The notes beneath the pieces are model-generated. The model ran no database searches. It worked only from the letters and a program-made list of their open reading frames with translations, and was not told where the DNA came from. The position numbers and the translations under genes were made by a program. From a candidate division WOR-3 bacterium (lineage in GTDB: Bacteria > Hydrothermota > Tepidihabitantia > SM23-42), in NCBI GenBank assembly GCA_020343595.1, contig CP070802.1, forward strand, positions 1,044,814 to 1,077,330: 32,517 bases of DNA, written 5' to 3'. Below are positions 17,451-26,598 of the stretch, in pieces. Numbering within the stretch: the first letter of the stretch is position 1; every line of letters starts with the position of its first letter.

Positions 17451-20400
17451 TCATCCTTCAAACAACGCCTCTAATTGAGCTTCGATCTGTTCGCTTCGGA
17501 AGTGCTTGAGGTCGATGGCGCCGGTTGGACATGCAGCGACACAAGTACCGCAACCCTTACAGAGCGCTTCATTGACGCGTGCGGCAAAACCGCCGTCTTC
17601 TTTTTCAACCAATTCTATTGCGCGGAACTCGCAGACTTCGGCACACCGGCCGCAGCCGCGGCAATACTCTTCGATCACCGTCGATGTTATCGGTGCCAGG
17701 GTGATCTTATCGCGGCTGAGCAAGGCAGCAACTTTGGATGCAACAGCAGACGCCTGGGAGATCGAATCACCGATATCCTGGGGGAACTGACAACAACCAC
17801 ACAGGAAAACGCCTTCGACCGTCGTTTCCACGGGACCAAATTTCGAGTGACGTTCCAGGAAGAATTTATCGGGACCGCGCGGAACCTTGAATAATTCGGA
17901 AAGATGGGCGGAGTCGGCGGCGGGAACCATTCCCACCGAAAGCACGACGAGGTCGACCGGAATGGTAATGTCGGCATCGATATCCGACGACGGGATGGTG
18001 ACGGCTTCTGCTCTGCCCTTGCCAGTGATTGCCGGCTCGCCTTCGTACGGCAAGAAGAGGACACCAAGTTCCCTTGCCTTGCGATACATCCGTTCGGCGC
18101 CTTTTGAATACACCCTGACGCCGCGGTTGAGAATTGCCACATCGATTCCCCTTTCCCTCAGATAGATCGCCTCCTTTATCGCTGCCTGGCAGCAATAGCG
18201 CGAACATCCAGGGTTTCCGTCGTCCCCTCGCGAACCGACACACTGGAAAAAGGCGACGGATCTTATGTTATCGATATCGCCTGAAAGTATCTTCTGTTCC
18301 AACTCCATGTTGGTTACGATATTCGGGAACTTGCCGTAGCCAAAGCACTTTTTTGGATCATAGAGTGCCGATCCAGTGGCTAGCACGATAGCGCCGACCG
18401 TATATTCATTTTCCTTTGCTTCGCGTTTCACCTTGACCTGGAAGTTGCCCACGTAACCAGTGACATCAAGGAGTTCCGTGGAAGTCAGTAGCTCACCGCC
18501 TGCTTTTGTGAATTCAGCGGTGAGTTTCTCCATGATATCCTTTCCTTTACGAAAACTTGGATAAATGCTCGATAGATGCGATACGAGGCCACCGGGAACC
18601 GGCAATTTCTCGATTACTTTGACGCTAAAGCCGCGCTGTAACAAATCGATCCCGCATCGCAGACCAGTGATGCCGGCACCGATGATGGCGACATCCCGGT
18701 TAACCGATAGTTCTTTCATGAAAAGCGGCGCCAGCTTTCGGACCCGCGCTACCGACATCCTGACCAGCTCCTTTGCCTTGTCGGTCGCCTTTACCGGTTC
18801 CTTCTGATGCACCCAGGAACATTGATTTCTGATATTCGCGATGTCAAAGAGATACGGATTGAGACCAACTGCAGTCAATGAATCCTGGAAGCTCATTTCA
18901 TGGGTCTTGGGTGTGCATGCGGCGACGACGACCCGGTTCAGTCTGTGCTCGGCGATCCTCTCCTGAATCTGATGTTGGGCTGTCTCGGAACATGCGAAGG
19001 TGTAGTCTTCTGCGAATACGACATCGGGCAGCATCTTTGCGTATTCGACCACGCCTTTGACATCAACCACCTTTGAGATGTTCGGGCCGCAGTGGCAGAC
19101 AAAGACACCGACCCTTGGTGGGCCCGACACGTCAATTTGTTCGATCTCTTTCTCCTCGATTGGAAGTTCATGCCCTTCCAGGAAACACGCCGCCTTGACC
19201 GCGGCACCACTGGCCTCGGCGATCGAATCGGTGATGTCCTTTGGTCCAGTAGCACAACCGCAGACAAGAATACCTTTCTTCGTTGATTCGAGTGGCATGA
19301 TCGCAGGCTCTGAATTCTTGAAAAAACCATCGTCATCGATCTCGATATCGAGCACTCCGGCCAGTTCTCCGCAGCCTTTCGAGGGGATCAATGCCGATGA
19401 TAGGCATACGGCATCGAACGTCATCTTTCCCGAGTGTCCTTTCTCGTCTTCGTAATGTATGATCAAATTCCCCTGGCCATCGTCAATTACCTTTGAGGGT
19501 TTGCCCTTGACATACTCCACGCCCTTCTCGAGAGAACGATTGTAGAATTCCTCAAATCCCTTGCCAAAGGCTCTGATATCAATGTAGAATACGACAATCC
19601 TGGCGTCTGGATAGTGCTCTTTCAGGACCAGGCTGTCCTTGATGGTGTTCATACAGCAAATACGGCTGCAATAGTTGATATCATGACGCATGTTACGAGA
19701 GCCGACGCACTGGATGAACGCAAAACGCAAGGGCTCCTGTAATTCCTTTCCAAGCGGGAGCTCACCGGAACTCGGGCCATCTTCGCTCATGAGCCTTTCG
19801 ATCTCAAATGAAGTATAGATATTCTTGAAGCGTTTGTATCCGTACTCACTGGCCTCCTTTGGATCGAGATAATCGACACCGGTGGTCACGATGATCGACC
19901 CTACGTCCAGATCGACAAATTCGTCGGTCATATCGTGGACAATTGCATTCGGTTCGCACACCTTCACGCATTCCATGCATTCTGAACAGCCGGCACAGCT
20001 GAGGCATCGATTCGATTCTTTCTTTGCCTGTTCTTCTGAGAATCCCTGGGCGACTTCTTCGTAACTATTCTTCGCCTTATCCACGTCCAGCATGGGCATA
20101 GCCGTTCTTTTCTCAGCCCTTATGTCCTCTGGAATTTCAATATCCTCATCCTTCACCCGATCATCTTTTTTCTTTCTGTTTTCCTTGAGATCCACGCCTC
20201 TGATGAACCGATCGATCGATTCGGCAGCTTCTTTTCCTGCAGCAATCGCCTCGATAACCGTTGCCGGACCGGTGACCGCATCACCTCCGGCAAAGATACC
20301 GGGAATGCTCGTTTGCAGCGTATCCGGGTCCACTGCGAAAGTTCCCCAACGGGTCAACTCAAAATTCTCTTCTTTGGCCAGGAATGAAATGTCGGCCGCC

Positions 20401-21848
20401 TGGCCGATCGCCATTATTACCATATCGAGGTCCATGGTGAATTCCGAGCCTTCTATAGGTATTGGTCTTCTCCGGCCCGAGGCATCAGGTTCGCCAAGCT
20501 TCATTTTGATGCATTCCATGCCCGTGACTTTGCCATCTTTGCCAAGGATCTTCGTAGGATTAGTCAGGTAATGGATCGTGATGCCCTCTTTTTCCGCTTC
20601 GACTATCTCCTCTTCATTTGCGGGCATTTCCTGGCGCGAACGTCGGTAGACAATGAACGCTTGTTCGGCGCCGAGACGTAGTGCGGTGCGCACCGCATCG
20701 ATTGCCGAATTACCACCGCCAACGACGGCCACTTTCTTACCCACCGGCGTCTGGGGATTGTGGACCGCCTTATTGAGAAATTCAACACACATAGTGACGC
20801 CCTGCAGATCTTCGCCTTCGATCCCCATCTGTTTCTCTTTGGCTGCACCAAGTCCGAGAAACACAGCCTTGTGTTCCTGCTGCAGGTCCTTGATGCTGAA
20901 ATCCTTGCCTAGGGCAGTATTGGTCTTGATCTCGACACCCCAACTCTCTATGTAATCCAGATCTCGCTGGAGGGCGGCTTCGGGCAATCTGAAGCGCGGT
21001 ATTGCCCAGTACAAAAGGCCACCGGGATGATCAGTGGCTTCGAACACGGTCGGACGATATCCTCTCCTGGCAAGAAAATACGCGGCCGACAAGCCGGCAG
21101 GACCGGCGCCGACGACGGCAACCTTTTCTTTGTTCAGTTCAGGACTGGGTGGTGGGGTTTTCTGTTCGTGATCAGAAATGAACCGTTTGAGCTGGGCAAT
21201 TGCCAGCGGTTCATCTACGTCCCTTCGTTTGCAGTCCGATTCACACGGATGGGTGCACACGCGGCCGCAGACAGCCGGGAATGGGTTATCCCGGCGTTCA
21301 AGTTCGAGCGCTTCCTGATACTTGCCCTGTGAAATTAGCGCGATATATCCCTGAGCATTGACTCCTGCCGGACATGAGTACCGACACGGTGGTGAGCCCT
21401 TTTTCTCAATCAAGAATTTGTTGGGAACGGCCTGGGGGTACTGACGATAAATTGCCGCCCGCTTTGAAAGTGCCAGTTGAAACTCATCTTTAATATGGAC
21501 CGGGCAAACCGTTGGACACTCGCCGCATCCCGTACATTTGTTCCAGTCGACAAATGTTGATTTGCGTCTGACTTTCACTTTGAAATCCGGTGCCTCACCC
21601 TCGACGCCGACAACTTCGCTGTTGGCGAATATCTCAATGTTTGGATGCCGACCGACATCCATTAGTTTGGGGCCGAGGATTCAGCCCGTACAATCCATCG
21701 AGGTGAAGATCTTATGGATCTGGGATGTTCGACCGCCCAGGCATGGGCCACGCTCGACAAGGTAAACCTTGAAACCAGCATTGGCCAAATCCAAAGCGGA
21801 CTGAACACCAGCCACGCCTCCACCAATGACGAGTGCTCCTTTTGGCAT
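17451..21848 (-). CDS. Selenocysteine-containing HdrL-type protein (HdrA module with GltD/NfnB-like insertion + second HdrA module; ~1465 aa, Sec56)
   Basis: A 55-codon in-frame segment [14 protein letters not shown]...SMDCTG precedes TGA 21681-21683, then [13 protein letters not shown] continues into the 1403-aa ORF. ATG lies 3 nt after the gamma-subunit stop. Confidence 0.92.
21642..21661 (-). promoter_or_regulatory. Putative bacterial SECIS element
   Basis: UGGAUGUC-GGUC-GGCAUCCA 8-bp stem with one U-G pair; loop 27 nt after UGA, same as in the other Sec-hdrA. Confidence 0.8.
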
Positions 21849-21851
21849 AGT

Positions 21852-22418
21852 TTATTTATTTCCTTTGTTTGATTGCTTCTTCGCTAAGATCTCTTTTCCA
21901 TATTCATAGCCGCGCTCGAAAGCCTTCAGATTAAGCGGCAGTGCCTTTTCCGGGACCAGGCCGGGCAGGGCCTTCTTCATACTATCGTAGGTGACAAGAT
22001 TGGTTATGGCCGTAAAGAATCCGAGCATAACCACATTCGCCACAATTTTGATCCCCAGTTCCTCCGCAAATCGTGTTGCCGGTATCGCATGGGCGAGGAT
22101 CTTCCCGCGGGGCGGTTTGGGTTTAACGAGGTCCTCATCGTATAACAGCATTGCCTCTTCACCCATTTCTGATTCAAACTTATCATATCCTGCCTGGGAC
22201 ATGGCAACCAGGACATCAGAATTTGTGATGTAAGGGTACAGGACCTTGCTTTCGGATATGACGAGTTGCGAACTGCATGCACCACCACGCGCTTCCGGTC
22301 CGAATGATTGACTCATGGTTGCATACTTGCTATCAAAGATCGATGCTGCCTTACCGGCGATTATCCCGGATCTGATAATGCCCTGACCTCCGTAACCGGC
22401 GAATCTGATTTCAGCCAT
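21852..22418 (-). CDS. 2-oxoacid:ferredoxin oxidoreductase gamma subunit
   Basis: EIRFAGYGGQG, SFGPEARGGAC, ANVVMLG; GGAGG SD before ATG 22418. Confidence 0.92.
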   Translation of the reverse strand: MAEIRFAGYGGQGIIRSGIIAGKAASIFDSKYATMSQSFGPEARGGACSSQLVISESKVLYPYITNSDVLVAMSQAGYDKFESEMGEEAMLLYDEDLVKPKPPRGKILAHAIPATRFAEELGIKIVANVVMLGFFTAITNLVTYDSMKKALPGLVPEKALPLNLKAFERGYEYGKEILAKKQSNKGNK

Positions 22419-23187
22419 TTCCACCTCCCGTCTTTTCAGGGAGCGAACCATGAGGCGTGAATGCATCACCGAGTATTTTCGTGTGCTGGATATTGTATGA
22501 ATCGATGAACGTTGCTCGTTCCTTGTCGGTGAATTTTCCGACGATGATCTTCCCGTCAGCCGTTATTGCTGCGTTCCGCGGGTCCTCGTCGTTCTTCACG
22601 GTCGAATTTTCAAAGTAGAATTGAAGAAGTTCCGAATCGAGATCGGTGACGTATCGGTAATAGCTGGGACCGGGTGCCAGTATTTCGATCATGGACATCC
22701 CTCGTTTGTGCAGTGCCTCGGCGATGGATTTGGCGAGTTCGGCGGTATGCAAAGCAGTCCATCTCGCCGTGTATACTGCTCCACAGGAATTACCGAGGTG
22801 CGGGAAATTGAAGGGTTCTTCGAATGTAGAATAAGGTGAGAATGCTTCAGTTACAACTGGCACCGATTTGCCCGCGACCTTATGGTAGACAAAGCTATTG
22901 ATACAGAGCACGAGCAGTTCCATGTTTCTCCGCGTTCCATGAACAAAGTGATTTCCTCCAAGTGTCATGAGATCGCCGACGACAGGAATGATCTTCAGCT
23001 CCGGGTTACCAAGTTTCAGGCCCGATCCAAAGGCTATTGCGCGTCCGCGCGGTACCTGGAAATAATCGACACCGAGGGACTTGACCGTCTCGGGCTCAAA
23101 GGGGATATCTGATGGAATGCTGATCTTGTTCCGATCCAGGCCAGATTGCTCTATGCCTTTATTGATTGCTTCGATGATTGAATTCAT
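22411..23187 (-). CDS. Degenerate 2-oxoacid oxidoreductase beta-like subunit (no Fe-S cysteines, no intact GDG motif)
   Basis: Aligns with 24426..25304 (GRAIAF, GGNHFVH..RRN, E.PFN.P.L, GAVY.AR) but the cofactor motifs are replaced. Confidence 0.85.
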   Translation of the reverse strand: MNSIIEAINKGIEQSGLDRNKISIPSDIPFEPETVKSLGVDYFQVPRGRAIAFGSGLKLGNPELKIIPVVGDLMTLGGNHFVHGTRRNMELLVLCINSFVYHKVAGKSVPVVTEAFSPYSTFEEPFNFPHLGNSCGAVYTARWTALHTAELAKSIAEALHKRGMSMIEILAPGPSYYRYVTDLDSELLQFYFENSTVKNDEDPRNAAITADGKIIVGKFTDKERATFIDSYNIQHTKILGDAFTPHGSLPEKTGGGNG

Positions 23188-24425
23188 TCCTTTAATTTGA
23201 ACCCTCCCTCAAAGACTGATTTCTCAAGCCTGGTTTTGAATTCGTGCACGCCTTCCATTGGTTTTTCCTGGTTTACTGCGAATTCGATCGCATCAGCAAC
23301 ATCGGCTGGATTGTGAACACCGGCACCACCGTGGGGAACGAGTACAACACTGGCGTGACCGTGTGCGCAACGGGCAACGTCGTAAACGACTTGTCCGTAA
23401 TTTATCTCGGGAACGACGAAGGCTTTTGTTTTCATCGCCAGTTCGTTGATCCGGTCATCAGGAAATGGCCAGACGGTAACAAGCCGCAGCGTGCCGACTT
23501 TTATGCCTTTTTGCCGGGCCATTTCGACACCCTTTACCGCGACGCGCGACGATATCCCGTATGATACTACGATCACATCAGCACCGTCGATCCCTTCTTC
23601 CTTCAATTCGATGATCTTGTCTTTGTTGATTCTGATCTTGTCAACCAATCTCCTTATGCAAGCACTCTTGTATTTTTCATCGGCAACCGGATGGCCGTTC
23701 TCGTTGTGAACGACGCCCGTGATATACAGATTTAATCCTTCACCAGCCTTAGCCATTTTTGGCACAAGATCCGGACCGGGGCTGAAGGGTCGGTAATCTG
23801 CCGCCTTGCCAGTGAACAGCCTCCTGGGTTCAACATCGATCTTTTCGGCTTCCGGAATGACAACCTTCTCAGTCATGTGACCAACGCATTCATCCGACAT
23901 TATCATGACTGGACAGCGGTACTTCTCGGCGAGGTTGAACGCTTTGACCGTGTAGTCAAACATCTCCTGCGGCGAATCCGGTGCAATGGCGATGACCTCA
24001 TAGTCTCCGTGTGAACCCCATCTTGACTGCATCATGTCAGCCTGGCCGGTCTTGGTCGGTACACCGGTTGACGGACCGCCACGCTGGATGTTAAGCAGGA
24101 CAAAAGGTGTCTCGAGCATCGCTCCGAAGCCGATCGCATCCTGCATCAGCGAGTAGCCAGGGCCAGAGGTTATCGTCATTGTCTTGGCTCCTGACCAGGC
24201 GGCGCCAAGTATGGCCGAAATCGACCCCAATTCGTCTTCCATCTGAATGAACACGGTTCCAACTTTTGGTCCGCGGTGACACACTGCTTCAAATGCTTCG
24301 GTCGATGGCGTAATAGGATAACCGGCCACGAATTTGCATCCCGCGGCCAGGGCGCCATAACCCGCAGCAACGTCACCGTCTATGTAGTAGACACCCGTCA
24401 GCACACTCTTTGGATCAGCTTTCAC
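23184..24425 (-). CDS. 2-oxoacid:ferredoxin oxidoreductase alpha subunit (intact motifs)
   Basis: GYPITPSTE, QMEDE, TSGPG, QRGGPSTG, RWGSHGD; GTG start. Confidence 0.93.
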   Translation of the reverse strand: MKADPKSVLTGVYYIDGDVAAGYGALAAGCKFVAGYPITPSTEAFEAVCHRGPKVGTVFIQMEDELGSISAILGAAWSGAKTMTITSGPGYSLMQDAIGFGAMLETPFVLLNIQRGGPSTGVPTKTGQADMMQSRWGSHGDYEVIAIAPDSPQEMFDYTVKAFNLAEKYRCPVMIMSDECVGHMTEKVVIPEAEKIDVEPRRLFTGKAADYRPFSPGPDLVPKMAKAGEGLNLYITGVVHNENGHPVADEKYKSACIRRLVDKIRINKDKIIELKEEGIDGADVIVVSYGISSRVAVKGVEMARQKGIKVGTLRLVTVWPFPDDRINELAMKTKAFVVPEINYGQVVYDVARCAHGHASVVLVPHGGAGVHNPADVADAIEFAVNQEKPMEGVHEFKTRLEKSVFEGGFKLKE

Positions 24426-25304
24426 TTATGCTCCCTTTTTTCCTTTTGGTCTCTTGCCGGAATCCCTTACTTCAGAAAGCCATTGATTATAGCGTTCCAT
24501 GTAGGAGGGCCTTTCACGGTCAACAAACTTGCCGCAGATGATTTTGGTTTGGAATCCGATCTCCAGGTTCTTCGTGTCTTCACCGTGTCGTATTTCGACG
24601 TTATCGTGATAGAACTTCATCATCTCAAGGCCGTCGCCGAGTCGGTTGATCCGGGAGTAGTACATGCCACATGGCGAGATGACTTCAACGACGGAGAACC
24701 CCTTCTTATTCAATGCTTCGGTCAGGGCATTTGTCAATCTGCGAATATGCAATGCCGTGTATCTTGCCACGTATACCGCGCCGGACGAATCCGCCAGATA
24801 GGGAATGTTGAACGGTGGTTCAACACAACCGTACGGTGAGGTCGTAGCATATGCTGCCAGGGGAGTGGTCGGCGCCACCTGCCCGCCGGTCATTGCATAG
24901 ATGAAGTTATTGACGCAGACGACCAGCATGTCGATATTGCGCCGTGCCGCATGAATGAAATGATTTCCGCCGATGGCGATCAGATCACCGTCACCCGAGA
25001 ATACAACGACTTTCGTCTTTGGGCTTGCGACTTTGATACCGGTGGCAAAAGCGATCGGCCGACCGTGTGTCGTGTGGAAGGAGTCGACCTTTACATAACC
25101 GGCAACTCTGCCGGTGCAGCCAATGCCTGAAACAATACTCACATTGTTGGGATCGATATTTGCCTTTTCGAGCGCAGAAGCGAAAGCGGTAACGGCCAGA
25201 CCGATCCCGCAAGTCGGGCACCAGATATGAGGCATCCGATCCATGCGGAGCAGATTTTCCATGGGATGTATTTCACTATTTGTATTGATTCTCTGGGTTG
25301 CCAT
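24426..25304 (-). CDS. 2-oxoacid:ferredoxin oxidoreductase beta subunit (intact motifs)
   Basis: WCPTCG, SGIGC, HTTHGR, GDGD...NNFIYAMTGGQ, SPC; TAATG coupling to the upstream alpha'. Confidence 0.93.
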   Translation of the reverse strand: MATQRINTNSEIHPMENLLRMDRMPHIWCPTCGIGLAVTAFASALEKANIDPNNVSIVSGIGCTGRVAGYVKVDSFHTTHGRPIAFATGIKVASPKTKVVVFSGDGDLIAIGGNHFIHAARRNIDMLVVCVNNFIYAMTGGQVAPTTPLAAYATTSPYGCVEPPFNIPYLADSSGAVYVARYTALHIRRLTNALTEALNKKGFSVVEVISPCGMYYSRINRLGDGLEMMKFYHDNVEIRHGEDTKNLEIGFQTKIICGKFVDRERPSYMERYNQWLSEVRDSGKRPKGKKGA

Positions 25305-26509
25305 TATGTACTCCCTTTCTTCCACTCAATGATACCACATTTTGTTTCGGTCATCAGAGATGCCTTTTCTGCTGCGGCGAGGATATCATCGGTGTATTCG
25401 ACACCGTTGTCGCCGTGATGCAAGAATAATACGTTTGCCTTTCCATAGGTATTCCGTTCAACTTCCTGAACGATCTGCCCGAAATTCATCTCAGGAACCA
25501 CAAATGCCTTCACCTGTTCTGCGAGTTCAGACACCCTCGCGTCCGGGAAAGGCCAAACCGTATTCAGTTTCAGGCTGCCGATCTTCATACCCTTAGCGCG
25601 CGCCTGTTCAACTGCCTTGAGCGCAGCCCTCGAAGACGATCCGTATGAGATTATCACTACTTCCGCGTCATCTGTTTTCGTTTCCTGGATGTCGACTATC
25701 TCATCCACATAATCGCGTATCTTCTTTACGAGTGGATGGACATTATACTCCTGGCATTCTTCAAACATGATCGGATAACCCCGGTCGTCATGGGTCAGGC
25801 CGGTGACATGAAAGCGGTAGCCCTGTCCGATATCGACCATTCGCGGGACAAAATCCTTATCCCTCTTGAATGGCAGATAACTGTCGCGCGGCCCATCAAA
25901 GTACCGGCGTGGTTCGATATGAATCTGGTCGGCAGAAGGAATGACAACTGATTCTTTCAGTTGAGCGATATGAGCGTCTGACATCAGGGCGACGGGAACA
26001 CGGTATCGTTCCGAGAGATTAAAGGCTTTGATCGTGAAATCGAACATCTCCTGGGCCGAGCTGGGAGCGTACGCGATTATCTCGTAATCGCCATGAGATC
26101 CCCAACGGGACTGCATGACGTCAGCCTGTGCCGGGTGTGTCGGCAGGCCGAGGCCCGGTCCGACCATCTGGACTTCCACTATTACACATGGCGTTTCAAG
26201 CATGACACCGAGTCCTAGATGTTCCATCATTAGTGAGAACCCCGGGCCTGAAGTTACGGTCATTGATTTCTTACCGGTCCAGGACGCGCCGAGAACCGCA
26301 GCGAGGGCAGAGACTTCGTCTTCCATCTGGATGAAAGTCGCGCCAACCTCAGGCGCTCGCTGTAGAAATCTTTGCGAGACCTCCAATGAAGGCATGATGG
26401 GGTAGAGGCCCAAGAAACGACAGCCGGCTGCTAATGCTCCTTCCGCGCATGCCTCATTGCCGCTGAGAATGTGAGAGCCGGTTAACACCCCGGTCTTATC
26501 TGATTTCAT
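25304..26509 (-). CDS. 2-oxoacid oxidoreductase alpha-like subunit with altered substrate-binding residues
   Basis: GNEA, QMEDE, TSGPG and RWGSHGD retained; YPIMPSLE replaces YPITPSTE and QMVGPGLG replaces QRGGPSTG. Confidence 0.88.
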   Translation of the reverse strand: MKSDKTGVLTGSHILSGNEACAEGALAAGCRFLGLYPIMPSLEVSQRFLQRAPEVGATFIQMEDEVSALAAVLGASWTGKKSMTVTSGPGFSLMMEHLGLGVMLETPCVIVEVQMVGPGLGLPTHPAQADVMQSRWGSHGDYEIIAYAPSSAQEMFDFTIKAFNLSERYRVPVALMSDAHIAQLKESVVIPSADQIHIEPRRYFDGPRDSYLPFKRDKDFVPRMVDIGQGYRFHVTGLTHDDRGYPIMFEECQEYNVHPLVKKIRDYVDEIVDIQETKTDDAEVVIISYGSSSRAALKAVEQARAKGMKIGSLKLNTVWPFPDARVSELAEQVKAFVVPEMNFGQIVQEVERNTYGKANVLFLHHGDNGVEYTDDILAAAEKASLMTETKCGIIEWKKGST

Positions 26510-26598
26510 CTAGCTCCTTTCTAACTCCACTTTTCATCCTCTGTATACTGGGAAAGGGTTGTTCAGGGACCAATAATATTCTCGATAGAAATGCGCCT

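Noticed and set aside
17427-17453. Possible readthrough of other TGA stops (hdrL 17451; also hdrB 14353, beta' 22411, mvhD 30401, hdrA 30832)
   Set aside because: They fall at natural C-termini, most overlap the next start codon, and I saw no GGUC-loop hairpin after them. Genome-wide TGA reassignment is therefore also unsupported.
26497-26598. 13-codon ORF (MKSGVRKELDEIR) upstream of alpha' as a leader peptide or delta-subunit remnant
   Set aside because: No cysteines, poor SD spacing and no attenuator structure seen.
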